A stretch of DNA of 64,000 bases from the NCBI RefSeq assembly GCF_009914755.1, contig NC_060939.1; one strand, 5' to 3'. The notes below the pieces were generated by a model, which had not been told where the DNA came from, ran no database searches, and saw only the letters and a list, made by a program, of their open reading frames with translations. The position numbers were made by a program, and so were the translations under genes. The stretch comes from the human T2T-CHM13v2.0 reference genome, Homo sapiens. This document shows, piece after piece, positions 28,901 to 44,009 of the stretch. Every line of letters starts with the position of its first letter. Positions within the stretch are counted from its first letter, which is position 1.

Positions 28901-30169
28901 TACTTTCAAATATTATACCTGCTTATTTTTCTTACTCATGTAAAAAATCATGGCAAATTCCTGAAATCAGTTATATTTTAAAAGAGAAGCGACTTGTAGG
29001 GTGGAGTTGGGGGGTTGGGAAGAAGATTGGAATCTTGTTTGTTTCATTTTAAGAAGATAATTATTATGTGTATATATTTAAAATCATTTTAGGAAAAAAA
29101 TGAATCTAGGATGGTATGAAAATGAGTTAATAGAGCTGATCACTAAATTGAGATTTTGTCTGATGAAAGAATATATTTTGGATCACCTCAAGTATATACT
29201 CTGAGATATGTTAATTTATAGGATATACTTTTATTTTTGGTAGAAACAGTTTACATGTCTGAAAGTCTGAATTAATTTATAACTGCTGACTGCTGCTGAG
29301 GCACTTCCTGTTTATCAGGCATAGAAACAAAGACCAAACATAGAAAAAGAGAAAAATTTTACAAAATTTGTAAAAAATTTCTAAGTGTACAAACCATGCC
29401 TTTAGGATTACAAACACACATCTTGTTTCTTTGTTTGCTTTTTTGGCTACTATAACAGAAATGCTTGATGTATGGCTACCAGGAAACTAGAGGTAAACCA
29501 AACTGGAATTTGAGAACTTAGGGACACAGCCAACTGAAATATCACTTTTCATGAATTTTAATGGCCCACAAAAAGTATGGGTGAAGAGTATAAACTCATC
29601 ACCAGTACGATAAAAGAAAATTGAAAGTATCTTCCTCACTGAAGAGCAGGAAGCATTATGTTTGTGCACCAAACCAATAGAAAATAGGTGTTTAGTATTT
29701 AAAAGAAAGGAGGTTGGGGTAATAGTGCTGACAGAGTCAATGCAGAGTAGAAGGTCTTTTTGTGTAGCAGCTCACCAAAAGGGTGATTCTCAAAGATCAT
29801 GTCTGACCCAAACAACAATTAAAAGGTTAAAGCAAAGCAATACATACAAATATTCCATTTGTTATATCCCTCATATCCTACCATTCTTCAACAATTCAGT
29901 AGTTGCTGCTTGAATGCCCACTGTGTGCACATTATCATATGCAATCACAGAGCTTGTCTTTCAGATCTGTTGCCTCCAGAGACCTTTTCTGATGTTTACG
30001 AAAGGCCTTTGCTGTTCCTGGAATATATTTGTTCAATGAGTGAGTGGGGAAAAAATAATGCAAAGATCTGTAACATGAAGTCTCTGCCACAAGGAACCTA
30101 TTGATTGTAAAAGCATTCATAGAGTGCTTCAGAGTTCACAAAATCTATTGACCTACATTATTATCTATA

Positions 30170-30345
30170 GTAGTCAGTTGTTCCAACTCTGATTTGTATT
30201 GGAACCACCTGGGCAGGCTACTTGTTTTTTAATGTGTAGATGCTTGCAACCCAACCTGCCTTCGGAAATAGAATCTTGTTGGGAAGTGGTAGAGAAGGTG
30301 GAGGAAATGGGGATCAGCATTCCTCAAGTGATTCTGGCACCTGGT
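30170..30345. mobile_element. MER5-like hAT DNA transposon remnant
   Basis: cagttgttccaactctgatttgtattggaaccacctggg...cctcaagtgattctg. Confidence 0.5.
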
Positions 30346-30374
30346 CATATTGTGACAGAGAATGTCATAGTGAG

Positions 30375-30640
30375 GAGAACTTCAAAGACGGCTGGCTTTG
30401 AAGTCAGACTGGGTTTGAAACCTGCCTCTAGCCATTTCTGGTTTTTTAACTTTAAGATTAATCACCCTAAGGCTCAGTTTTCTCATCCATAAAATGGGGA
30501 GAATAACAGTAGCTAACAACAGTAATAACTAGTCCTTATAGAACTGGTGGAGGGGTTCAAGGAGCTGATCCACATAAAGGGCCCATCTTAGGGCTTGTGT
30601 GGACTTGGCACACAGTAAAAGTAAACTTTATTAGCAATTG
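30375..30640 (+). mobile_element. MIR
   Basis: ggctttgaagtcagactgggtttgaaacctgcctctagcc...ctcagttttctcatccataaaatggggagaataacagta. Confidence 0.8.
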
Positions 30641-32231
30641 TTAACCATTAGGGCCTGTGACTTCTTTCATTTTTAGTAGTAGACCTAGACCAAATAACCA
30701 CATTCCTTGTCTCTTTTGGGAGAGGCTGTCCTGTCATTTTCTCTCATCTGTTCAGCCACAAGATGGTTAGGGAAGCTCACTCCTCCTGAATTCCAGCCAG
30801 TACCAATTAGACCTTTGGTAAGGTCAGGATAGAAGAGACTGTGGCATTTCTGATCCCCTCTGGACTTCCCTCCAGAATGAACATGCTTATGTTGTTTCAG
30901 GATTTCCAGTGAGGCCTGGCCTGGAAACCAGAAGTTAAAGTTATCTAAAAGTGATAAGCTCAGGAACTACATGAAGCATTGATTTGAATCTAGTTTCCAA
31001 GGTCACCAAAGGTTCAGAAGCTGAGAAAGAGATGGCACTTTAAGGGTTAGTGGGAGAGGGTCCAGCATTTTACCCACGGAAGAAAATTTTTCTGTAGAAA
31101 GAAAAACAAGTTTTTACTGAAGTAAGTGGCCAAGAAAGTAGGTAAAGTTAAATGAATGATAAACTATCATTTCAGTCTCTAACATAAACAAAATAAGCAG
31201 CTGTAATAGCATGAAGTTTATCAGAGTGTGATAGGAAGGTCAGGCATGACAAATTGGGAGACTGGGACACTGAGCTGGCGCATGACAATTATGTAACTCA
31301 CATTGCTGCTAAATTTAAACACAAGCAGCCTTCTCTGGAGGTGTGTGGGTGGAGAGGTGAAGGAGCAGATTGAAAACAATGGCCTTTATTTTCATGAGGT
31401 ACTTTAATTTTAGGCCAGCATTGGATGTGAACTTTCAGCTAACTGTGCTTTTTGGTAGTTCTGTATTTTTTGAACTGAGATTACCCTTAGCCCCATGAAA
31501 CATCCCTGTTTTTCTGTCAAACTACTATATCGAGTGCAGTTTTCTCTGGCCTCCCTGGAAGTGGAAATGTCTGGGCCTTTCCCCTGCAGAACGCAAAACA
31601 TAAACATAAGGGCATTAAAATGGAAACAGGATCTTGGTTCTCACTGTTTCACCAGGCTCCTTAGCACTGACCTCTGACCCTCATTTAAGATCCCACGGAA
31701 AGTCTGGGCATCTGGGGTGTGTAGCTCACTGTGGGAATTTTTTTGTTGTTATGGTTGTTGTTTTCCTCCTCCTGGATTATTTTGGCTTAACCTGAGGCTA
31801 TGATGTAAAATAAGCCACTTTCAAGAGCTTTCCCTGACCTTGTTTGGGGATGAGGTTAGAAGATGGGATTTGACTACTGGCACTGTCAATTCAAGAATCC
31901 ATTTTCAAGTTGTTATCTAAAATTCATGTGAGAAAATAAAAAATAGCATTTCTTCCATTCTATCACATTGATGACAGGTAAATTTTGATTTTTGAAAACT
32001 CATGTAGAATTGTTGAGGATATTGAGTCTTCATGATTTTCTAGTCACATGTTACTTTTTAAAAAAGTAGGCCTCCAGATCAGATAACTTCTTCCACATTT
32101 TCTTGGGCTACACTGTATGACATTATACTTTCATTAAAGAAGTCACCTTTCCTGATCAGTCTATGGGAAAGACCTCAGAGAAGTTAGTTTTTCTTTGAAG
32201 GAATTCTATTTGTTCTTCTTGAACAGTTTGA

Positions 32232-32577
<346 letters not shown>

Positions 32578-33345
32578 TGGAAGGCAATTTTAAATATTCT
32601 TGTTGAGTGGCTAATTTATATGTACATTTAGGAATAATTAGTAGAGGATGTAGAAAATTTTCAATAAAAGCTGAAGAGCAGTCCTCCACGATGAGGTGGA
32701 GTAATCCTCCTCTCCTTCGTTGGATTGCATTGCATGTCTCAGGGACAGAGTCTTCTGTTTCTCAAGGGCTGAGTCTCATTTTCAGCCTGTCACCATCCAT
32801 AGTGGACTTTCTCATGGCTCAGTTCCAGTTAATATAGAAAAGAGTAAGTGTTGTGAAAATTTTGTACTCAAAGGGTGAAAAGTTTTCTTACAAATATTTT
32901 GAATTTTTTAAAGAGAATCTTAACAGCAGCAAATAATTCATCTTTATGAATTCATCTTTTTTCCCTCACGAGAATTCAATGTGCTATATGAAGAACATAT
33001 GAAATTCTTATTTTGAGTGGAAGAACTGAGACTTGGCTCGGTAAGTGACTTGCCTAAGGTCACTCAGCAAGTCTCACTGCATGTAACACTCACATTCTCA
33101 GACTCTAGTGCTGTACTGTTGTATCTATAATAAAAAGAAAAAAGAAAACCTTGCTCTACCTCTGCAAAGAAAAAGGAACAGCTAGGAATGCACATATGTG
33201 TCCTTTTAAACTCTCTACATAAAAATCCATCTTTTCCAGGAAGCCCTCTCTTATTGGATGTGCATATGTGGAAGATTCTAAAATCTTTCTAATAAGAGTC
33301 CATTTTTGCTTTAATTTTATTTTAGGACTTATGCTTCTAGAAAGC

Positions 33346-33459
<114 letters not shown>

Positions 33460-36400
33460 TTGATCTCTGCAGTACTAAAGCTATAGTTATTTATTGAACA
33501 GATGTCTGGAGGAGAAGCAAGGGGAGAATATATGACTGCAAGACTAAACAGGCCAGTGAAGGAAGCCATGAAATAGGTTCTTGCTGTACCATACCATTAT
33601 TTTTCCCTGAAAATATCTTTACCCCTTGTACTCTGCTACTCTAGGTCTAGGACCTTTTAACAAGTTTCTTCCTCAACAACACCTCCTTTATTGATACGGT
33701 TTAGTAATCTACGAACACCTAGATAGCTTCCTTTGACTTGATATTTTTTCTAAGCATTCTTTATCTTGTTCGTGTGTCTGCTCAGTACTTTTAATTCAAT
33801 GATATATCTTTTTTCATTAATTTTTTTGAAATTCCACAAGGCTTAACATGCCATTCCACACAGAGCAGGTAGTCAACATTAGTTTGTTGATTGATTGTAA
33901 TATGATATAAATCATGGGCACAATAAATTACTTGGCTACATAGAGAATTCTTACAACTCTGTCTTCTGTGTGGAGATGGGATAGAACCAGAATGGTATGT
34001 CTGTGTAGGCCACATGTCCTGGTTCAGGGAGTCCTACATGATGAACATGGTCTTACATGGTAAAATTGAGTTACCTTTAGTAATAACAGCAACTTATATA
34101 TGTATAGCTCCTGGGATTTCAAATATATTTTATACCTATTAACTCACTTGATTTGGGAGTCAATATATATTAACTTCATGTTATGACTGAGGAAACTAAA
34201 GCTCATAGGAATTTGCTGATTTGTTCTTGTTTGCATCTTGCACTTTGCTGAATCTCAAAACCAGTATTTTGTTTGTTTTTTTCTTTTACCTCTTGGTCTG
34301 ATGCTCTTTCTAACCTACCAGGCTGCTTCCTTCATTCCTTAAAGCTAATGCTGCAATGGTCACAGTTTGTGAATCATCTTGGAATACCATCCCTGCCTTA
34401 ATTGATTTTTGCAAATACTGTGAACAAAGAGAGCCCCACCACTACTATATGCCCTGCATCTCCTAGCATAATAAACTTGTATCCTGAAATAAGTCTTAAA
34501 GAACCACATGTAGCTCAAACATTGCACTCTGAACATATTGAGCTCTTGTGCATCATTTGCCCAGTATGAATCAGAAGGAAGTTTAGTCTAAGCTTCTGGA
34601 CCAACTGACCTACCAGAAGGAAGATTAGAACATACTTTTCCTTTTTCTTGGAATTGGGAGGGTACATTTTGTAGCAACTTTCTGAAGGAGCAGAAAGTCC
34701 AATATCTATGAAATTGTCAAAATGATTAGCTAGTAATACAAAATAGTCATTACCATAATGTGCTTTCAGAGCAACGTGCAATCATAAGGTATTTTTAAAA
34801 AACTCCAAATAAGCCACATAGAATTCTTGGTGGGCTAACTTCTCATCTACCCTCAATGACACCACCACTACCATACCATTTGTGGTACTTCATGTTTTGT
34901 TTTGTTTTTAAGGGTTGGTTTAATTTCAGCTAGGGTAGACTTCATAGTCTCAAATCTCTTATGGAGCAAGATCTGAATTAGATCCTTCCATTGAGCCCTA
35001 TTACATTGCCTGCTCTTCACTGTACAGACCCAGTCTTGCAGATTTAGTAGAGATCATTACCAACCATAAATTTTATGTGCATTAAAGGTAGTTTTCCTCT
35101 CTTGTAATCATTATTAATATTTGATGGCCAAGGTATTATTCTTTATCGATAATTTTATACATCATAGTTAATTTAGAATGAAAAAAATCAGAACCGTAAT
35201 GCAAAGTAGTGCAGCTCTACTTTAAAAAGTGACCTTGTCAAAGAGACGCATTTTTACTTCAATTAAATTCAAAGTCAGTCAGTCCCATAGGTAATGTTAG
35301 CAATTATAAGAATACTTTGCAAAAGTAGTTAAAAAACACTCAGAGAACTTTTATGTGATGCTAGTTTTTAAAGCAAGAATGACTTTCTTCCAAAACTTCA
35401 ATTCTTTATGAGATCATTTTGGAGTGTACTGTTACATAAAACATGAGGTCAGTAACTAAGGCTAATTAAATTTTAGTAGGAGCAAAAGTCACCAAAAGGT
35501 TTTTGCATTCATCCTACCAATTCTAAAACAGTGATACAATACACCATTAATAGCCTTAGAATTGCTAATTATTTCAACATGAATAGCGATATCAACGCTG
35601 TCAGTTTAATTTAATACACTCAGGAGAATTCCTGCAGAATGCATGATTTCTCTATTATTTCCTGGTTTTCACAACCATTAAAAGCTATAAATTCTCTTCT
35701 TCAGAAAGAGAGAGAGATTAGTAGTCTAGAGTCTTCTCACTTTTTTGAGAATGTTGAAGTTGTTATTTTTAAAAGAAATGGGAAGCAAAAACAGAATAGA
35801 AATTAAAGAATGAGAGTACCCCAGGCTTTATTCTGTGATCTAGTATGAGGTAAATGTTCATAACTCCAAAAGAATTAAAACACTCATGCCTTCTATTAGT
35901 TCCAATGGAGTTCCCACTTAGGGAATAACCTTAGACTTGGGGTTGAAAGTGTCTTTTTTCTGGAGGGAAACTAAAATTAATGCCTGGAGGAGTGAAAGTT
36001 AAAAGAAGTCGATGAAATAAACAAGCAGGTTTTATTTACTAGAAACTTTAGTAAGTTAAAAGGAAGAAGTGAGTCACTCATTTCATAACATACTTTATTT
36101 AGAAGACAATAGGAAGCAACTACAGCTTTTTTCATGGAAGAAAGGTGAGTTAAAATGGATTCTACAAAACATTAATTTGATAGTAGCAAACTAAAAACTA
36201 CTGGACTCTGAGGGTTAGTCAAAACCTTCAAGATAAGCTAAGTTTCTATTGGATATGTTTCCTCTACAACATCCCTTATTGACCAATCTTGGTTTGCGTA
36301 TCTCTAGTGAAACGTAGTACCTCATTTTCAGAATATTCTAATTGTTTGAAAATTTTCTTCACCCCAAATACTGTCATCCTTGAATATTCACTTATTTGCT

Positions 36401-36649
36401 GATTTAGTGTCTCCGTAATGTGGTCTTTGACATGCTTTTAGGTGACAAACAGGAAGGTATCTTTTAATTTTAATGGTAATATGTATTTCAACATACATTC
36501 ACAAATACACTAGTGAACCCAACTCATGATTTCACAGATGATGATTGCTAAGAATGAAGTAGAAAAAAAATGAGTCCGTGTGAAGCTCAGTTGAGAAAAC
36601 TATTACATAAATGTTAAAATGTATGTGAATATGAATATGACTGAAGCCA

Positions 36650-37440
36650 TGAAGGTGATTACATAAAAGGCCAAGCATGAAAAATAGTCCTGTAGGTCTA
36701 CACTGTGGGCACCAGAGCAGACACCATACTCCTGCCTAATGGCGGAAGAGCTGTGCTGTCGTGAGATTAGTCAGGAAGGGTAGATGAATGGAGGCCAGGA
36801 GGAGAGGTAGAAGGCTGCTGTCATAAAGGAACAGGCATAGTGATGGCTTGCACCACAGTGGAGGCAGCAGAAATGTTGAGAAATAAGTCTATCAGTGAGG
36901 TGTCACAGAAAGACCACTGTCCTGCATGTCAGACGACTTAGATGTTGGTCCAAACACTCTTCCAATTAAACCTCCCCTTATTCCTACAGGTCTCAGTTTG
37001 CTTCATCTCTGGAATGGAGATGGTTTCCTATGTGATCATGAAAATTTCTCCCAGCTTTGAAGACCTTTTATTTTGTAAGAATCATTGTGAAGGTATGGGC
37101 TTGGCAAATGAATGGAAAGATGAGCAATGGGAGAGGAAAGAATTGAAGAGGGCTGTGAGGTTTGAAGAATGGGTAAGTAGCATCATTCACAGAAATGAGA
37201 GGGACAAGGGGTCAGAAAAATTGGGAATCAGTGGCGAAGAAAGACTGGTTTGGATCTGTTGCAATGGAGAGGCCAATGACATTTATTTGTGATGTCTAAC
37301 AGGTCCGTGGACACAGGAAAAGGTGAGACTTTGTTTACTTGTCTGTAAAATAGGGATGAGGTGATACATAGAGATGTCGGGATCGCTTACTTAGAGATAG
37401 CTTGTGAAACCATGGAAATGACAAAAACTCAGTAAGGAAA
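36650..37440 (-). mobile_element. L2 fragment (antisense)
   Basis: Purine-rich degenerate L2 motifs (gaaggctgctgtc...gatggcttgcaccacagtggaggcagcagaaatg; tgtgaaaccatggaaatga); boundaries approximate. Confidence 0.5.
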
Positions 37441-37464
37441 GGGAGGATTAAAAAAATTGCAGTT

Positions 37465-37690
37465 AAGCGAGATAACATTTATTGTGAAGCTACTATGTGC
37501 TACGCACATTATCTATGTTATGTCATTTAAACCTCACAAAAATCTTGTGGACTATGTGTAATTCCTTCCATTTTATGTATTAGAAAAAAATGATGCTCAG
37601 CAAGGTCCCAGACTGCATAAGAATTAACATATCACTCAGATTTGAACCAGTCTCTCTGACTCCAAAATCTATATGGTGCTGTTCCACTGT
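37465..37690 (-). mobile_element. MIR (antisense)
   Basis: taacatttattg...ctactatgtgc...tcatttaaacctcacaa...gatttgaaccagtctctctgactccaaaatc. Confidence 0.75.
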
Positions 37691-38707
37691 GAAACATAGA
37701 CAATGAGAAGGGATGAGGACACAGCATAGCAGTTCTCAGAGGGGGTGGAAGAAGAGCCCTTGAAACTTTGATAGTGCAAGGTCAGTTCAGCCAAAGCTGG
37801 ACAGAGGGGAAAGAGGGGAAAATCATTTTCAATGTTGCAGAGAAGTCAAGGGGAATAAGAACTATAAAAAAAATTGAGTCGGTGGGGGGATCCAAGGAGG
37901 CAAATTATGCCACCTCAGAGGTTTCAATATATTGATTGGGGTGAATCTGAGAAGGAAGGGTGCAGATTATGAAAATGGTAATTATAATACTAAATATATA
38001 CCGAGCACTTACTATATGCCAGACACTTTTCTAAGTGACTTATATGTATTAACTTTCAATCCCAACAATCGGCTTATTGAATGGTCTAGGCTCAGTAGGG
38101 TTCAAGGCAGGAAACAATTTTATCCTCTGCTGATATAGCTTTTCAATCACATCCCATCATTTCTCCATGACTACCTCTGGACAATATATTGGACAGATCT
38201 CCTAACTTGTTTTGATCCTTTTCAGGTACTGTATTAGAAACTAACATCCATACATTAATATAATGGACACCATGTTGTGACAAGAAATGATGTTCTTTAT
38301 ATATTGACACAAAATGTTAAGGGGGAAAAAGAGCAGGAGAGTGAATACCATAAACTATATGTAATAAAAGGGAAAGCGTATATATTCATATTTAATTATG
38401 TGTGCATTAAATATCACTTGGAATATCACCAAGGAAGTAATACAAATATTTGCTGATGGGAAGGAGTTGTTGGCTCGAATAACTGTAGAGGGAGGGAAAC
38501 TTTTCACTGAATATCTTTTTAGTCTCCTTGACTTTTAATCTATGTGAATGTATTACTATTGATTTCAGTCAGCTATTGCTACAATAATGATGTACAACAT
38601 CCATCCTCACACTCAGGCAATAAGCTTTGTTTCTCATGCTCATGGGCAAGTGGTTCAGCTGAGTGGCTCTGCATCAGGCTGCAGTTGTTCAGTTGCCTGT
38701 AGTAGTT

Positions 38708-39045
38708 TGCAAGGGACTGAATGTGTCACCCCTCCCCCATTCATATGTTGAAAGCCTAACCTTCAATGTGGTGCTATTAAGAGGTGAGGCCTTTGGGAGG
38801 CAAGTAGGTCATGAAGGTGGCGCCTTCATGAATGAGTAAAGGGGACCCTAGAGAGCTCACCCTCTTTTGCCCATGTGAGGATACAATGAGAAGATGACAG
38901 TTTGCCACCTGGAAGAGGGCCTTGATTATAAGGGCACCCTGATCCCAGATTTCAATCCTCTAGAAAAGTGAGAAATAAATTTCCATTGTTTATAAACCAC
39001 CCAGTCTAAGATATTTTGTTATTGCAGCCCAAACTGACTAAGATA
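38708..39045 (+). mobile_element. MLT1A-type MaLR solo LTR nested in an older MLT1 remnant (~38565-39290)
   Basis: gactgaatgtgtc...ttcatatgttgaaagcctaacc...gaggcctttgggagg...gagaaataaatttcc...aactgactaagata; TSD tagtt/tagct. Confidence 0.88.
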
Positions 39046-39424
39046 TAGCTCTACTCCATTTGTCTCATTATGAGGTCCCAGCTAGAGAGGCAGACTTTCT
39101 GGGGCATGTTCTTCTCTTAGTGAAGTCAGGAATTCCCGGAGGGTGTCAGAAAACACTCATGCTTTCAACTGCAGGCCTGGGCTTGGAATGTTCACATACT
39201 CACCTCCAACCCAATGCTTAAATAAGCAGGGCAGCATACTCCTCCAGAGTTAAAGGGGAGTGAGTCATTGCTGAACAATAGTCTACCCGCCTCTTTAAAA
39301 GATATTTTAAATCCACTTGAGCCTAAGATCAAAATTTTAATCTCTCATCCAATCTCAGATTTCTCCCTTCCCCACTGTGGCTCAGCAGTTCAGGCTTGAC
39401 CCATATTTAGAAATTTATGGTAGG

Positions 39425-39730
39425 TGCCGGGTGTGGTGGTTCATGCCTGTAATCCCAGCACTTTGGGAAGCTGAAGTGGGTGGCTCACCTGAGGTCAGGA
39501 CTTCAAGACCAGCCTGGCCAACATGGCAAAACCCTGTCTCTACTAAAAATACAAAAATTAACTGGTGTGGTGGTGCGCACCTGTAGTCCCAGCTACTCAG
39601 GAAGCTGAGGCAGGAGAATCACTTGAACCAGGGAGGCAGGGGTTGCAATGGGCAGAGATTACAGCCACTGCACTCCAGCCTGGGCAACAGAGCAATACTC
39701 TGTCTAAAAAAAAAAGAAAGGAAAAAAAAA
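39425..39730 (+). mobile_element. AluSx-type, full length
   Basis: gccgggtgtggtggttcatgcctgtaatccc...tcacctgaggtcagga; TSD agaaatttatggtag/agaagtttatggtag. Confidence 0.94.
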
Positions 39731-39949
39731 AGAAGTTTATGGTAGTGAAAGGGACTATGCTAAGTTTCTTTCCTTCTCTCCCTCCCTCCCTCCTTTCCTT
39801 CCCCCCTTGTTTTTATTCCTTCACTTTACCTACTTTCTAACTTTCAGATACTATTAAGATTTCACTTTTTAAAAGTTGGGTACAAGAAAGAGGTATAATG
39901 AGAAGGGAAAGAAATATTTCTTTTTTTTTTAAATGCTACTTTTCAAAAA

Positions 39950-41652
39950 AATTTTACTTTAAGTTCTGGGATACATGTGCAGAACATGCAGGTATGTTAC
40001 ATAGGTATACACATGCCATGGTGGTTTGCTTTACCTATCAACTCGTCGTCTAGGTTTTAAGCCCTGCATGCATTAGGTAATTGTCCTAATGCTATCCCTC
40101 CCCTTGCTCCCCACCCCCTGACAGGCCCCAGTGTGTGTTGTTCCCCTCCCTGTGTCCATGTGTTCTCATTGTTCAACTCCCACTTATGAGTGACAACATG
40201 TGGTGTTTGGTTTTCTGTTCCTATGTTAGTTTGCTGAGGATGATGGCGTCCAGCTTCATCCATGTTCCTGCAAAGGACATGATCTCATTCTTTTTTATGG
40301 CTGCATAGTATTCCATGGTGTATATGTACCACATTTTCTTTTTCTCAGTCTATCATTGATGGTCTGGGTTGGTTCCATGTCTTTGCTATCGTAAATAGTG
40401 CTGCAATAAACATACATGTGTCTTTATAGTAGAATGATTTATATTCCTTTGGGTATATACTCAGTAATGGGATTGCTGGATCAAAAGGTATTTCTGATTC
40501 TAGATCCCTGAGGAATCACCACACTGTCCTCCACAATGGTTGAACCAATCTACATTCCCATCAACAGTGCAAAAGCATTTCTATTTCTTCACAGCCTCAC
40601 CAGCATCTATTTTTCTTGACTTTTTAATAATCACCATTCTGACTGGTGTGAGATGGTATCTCATTGTGGTTTTGATTTGCATTTCTCTAATGATCAGTGA
40701 TGATGACCTCTTTTTCATATGTTTCTTGGCCGCATAAATGTTTTCTTCCAAGAAGTGTCTGTCCATATCCTTTGCCCACTTTTTGATGGGGTTGTTTTTT
40801 TCTTGTAAATTTGTTTAAGTTCCTTGTAGGTTCTGGATATTGGACCTTTGTCAGATGGGTAGATTGCAAAAATTTTCTCCCATTCAGTGGGTTGTCTGTT
40901 CACTCTGATGCTAGTTTCTTTTGCTGTGCAGAAGCTCTTTAGTTTAATTAGATCCCACTTGTCATTTTTGGCTTTTGTTGCAATTGCTTTTGGTGCTTTC
41001 GTCAAGAAGTCTTTGCCCATGCCTATGTCCTGAATGGTATTGCCTAGGTTGTCTTCTAGGATATTTATGGTTTTGGGTTTTACATTTAAGTCTTTAATCC
41101 ATCGTGAGTTAATTTTTGTATAAGGTATAAGGAAGGGGTCCAGTTTCAGTTTTCTGCATATGGCTAGCCAGTTTTCCCAACACCATTTATTAAATAGGGA
41201 ATCTTTTCCCCATCGCTTGTTTCTGTCAGGTTTGTCAAAGATCAGATGGTTGTAGATGTGTGCTGTTATTTCTGAGGTCTCTGTTCTGTTCCATTCATCT
41301 ATATGCCTGTTTTGGTACCAGTACCATGCTGTTTTGGTTACTGTAGGCTTATAGTATAGTTTGAAGTTAGGTAGTGTGATGCCTCCAGCCTTGTTCTTTT
41401 TGCTTAGGATAGTCTTGGCTATAAGTGCTCTTTTTTAGGTTCCATTTGAAATTTAAAGTAGTTTTTTCTAATTCTGTGAAGAATGTCAATGGCAGTTTGA
41501 TGGGAATAGCGTTGAATCTATAAATTACTTTGGGCAGTATGGCCATTTTCATGATACTGATTCTTCCTATTCATGAGGATGGAATGTTTTCCATTTCTTT
41601 GTGTCCTCTCTTATTTCCTTGAGCAGTGGTTTGTAGTTCTCCTTGAAGAGGT
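39950..41652 (-). mobile_element. 5'-truncated primate L1 (L1PA7/8-like): ORF2 C-terminal part plus 3'UTR, disrupted
   Basis: ttttactttaagttctgggatacatgtgcagaac 3' end; ORF fragments [35 protein letters not shown] and [19 protein letters not shown] match L1 ORF2p; split across frames. Confidence 0.96.
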
Positions 41653-44009
41653 TGGGAAGAGCAAGTTCTAATGTCATTGGGGTCCTATGTGTGGCCCAGG
41701 GAAAGGTACTGGTTCTGTGTTTCATGAAAGACCTTGTGGGTTCTTTTCAGATTCATGGCAGAGACCTCATGCCACATCATGCCTTGTTACAGGTGATGCA
41801 CCTCTGAATAACCACACCTGCCTCCTGTTTCTGGTCTGCTTCTCCTGCCTTTACAGAGGCTTTTAGTCTATTCCGTCTATTGGGTGGGAAGTTTTCAAAT
41901 ACTGAAGACCTGCTGCTGTATTCCATCTATGGGAAATAAGTACCCTTACCTGTTGTTGATCAAAGGGTGGCTTGTATCCATTGTGCTTCTTCTCACTGTG
42001 TTCATAGAGGGAACTCAAGCCACTCACTCATCATTAAACTTTTCTAGGTGAAAGTCAGGTACCAGTTTCAGCATTCCTAAGGTTTTATTGAATCATTTTC
42101 CCAATGTGGCATGATAGTAAGGAAGCACCCCATCCCTTCAAATGCTCAGCTCTAACCATCCTTTTCCAAACAAATTCTCATCTCTCTTTCCTCAGTTTGT
42201 ATCAAGCCTTTTATTGCACAGGTTGGAGATGGATAATGGATTAAGGGAGTGGATGATACTGAGAAGCATGGATTCCAGACACAGCTCTGCCACTAACTAT
42301 ATAAGTGACATGAATAAGAATCTAGTACACCATTCTTCTAAAGAAGAGGAAACTGAGGCTCATACACTTTTCATAATTTGTCCTCTTTAATCTGATAGTG
42401 GCAAAGCTCTGCCTTAGAATCTGTGTTTCCTGAACCCCATAGTACAATGTTTGTTTCTACTGAATCAAAGTAGCAAGTCTTTCCTTATGTTTAAACAATC
42501 CTGTTTTTGTGATTTAAGATCCTTTCTTCTTCTGGTTTTGGCAAAGACCAGATCAGGAGAACAGCTGGCTACCATTTTTTATTTGTGAACATTACAAATA
42601 AAAAGGCTTCCAAACCTTCCCCAAGAGTTAGAATTTCTTTGGAGTCTTGAGCCTCAGAGACTCATTTTAAGTCCATTCAAACTACAATGTATTTTGGTTC
42701 TGAAGATCTTCTTCTGAAAGACCCCAATAAAGATCTCTCCTCACAGCCCATTCTTCAATTAGTCCCTCTGTGGGGCTGGAGGGAGATCTGTGGAGCCAGC
42801 TGGACTTTGAACTTGTGATTCCTAAGGGAAGGTATATTTCAACCCTGATACTTAGATTCCAGGCTCTTTTCTCTGTTAGGAGTTGTATTATTGAAGTAAA
42901 ATAACATTCTTAACTCTGAGTGTGGAGTTCTTAAATGAGAACATACATCTTATTTTTTCTATTTTTGGAAATTTAACATTCATTAAGTTGTTAACCTTTG
43001 AAAACTTCTATCCTCCCACTTCCTTGTCTGTCAGCCTAAATCTCCCCTCCTCTCTGTTACAGCCTCTTTCCTTAGAAGGATATGTTCTGCTCCTTTAGAG
43101 CTTAATTTCTCATGCTTCTCAACATTCCCTACATTGCTCTTCCTATGCTTTCTTTGAGGGTTCCCGGATGTGAATTCGCATACCCCACATTCACACGCCC
43201 AATTCAGATAAAACAACAAAGTCTATTGTCTTCTGAGAAAAATTCTAACTCTCTTCAGGTGCTGTAGGTGTCTCATTTTCATATTCCTGCTTGAAAATGT
43301 AAGAGGAGCCCTGAATCATGATCGTGCATTATGGCTCAGAGCAGGCCTTCTTAAAAGTACAATTCCTTCCCCAAAGGAAATGAAAGAGCTATTTAAAACA
43401 AGCAATCAATCCATTTAGAACTCTCCACAATCTGAAGAACATTTCTTATAGTTATGAATAGAAGGAAGAGAGGCAACAAATTTTTAAAAAATGGATTTAA
43501 AAGGAGACTTTTGGGCCCATCAGCATTCACTGAGTCCAAACATAGAAATTCAATTCAATTTATCATGTAGAGAAAAGATTAATCACTTGCAGGAATCTTG
43601 AAATTCATATGTTGCCTTCAAAGTTGTTAAATGAGAATCATTTCTAATTGCCACTATCTGCTCAGTGTTAAACTTTTCTACATAATTTGATTGTCTTGCT
43701 GCAGCATGAGTCATCTTAAGTTCCATTTTCTTTCAATCCCCCAAATCCAAGTCCAAAGATACCTACAACAATTTTTCAGAGGGTTCAAGTTAATTTCTTC
43801 TTCTCTTGAAAAACCAGCACTTTATAGGCCATAACTGTGTCACATGGGTGCCTAGTAGTGTAGTTATCTACTGCTTTTATCTTTTTTAAATGTTTTATAA
43901 CCTATATATAAGAGTAAGTTTAATCTTCTATAAACATTATTTAGGGAATGCCAATTCTATGTGCTTTCTACCTACTACATCTTCTAGCTATTTTGTAAGC
44001 CAAATCTAA

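Noticed and set aside
40057-41552. ORFs resembling a reverse-transcriptase protein C-terminus
   Set aside because: Fragments of L1 ORF2p in a truncated, frameshifted L1PA copy; not a functional CDS
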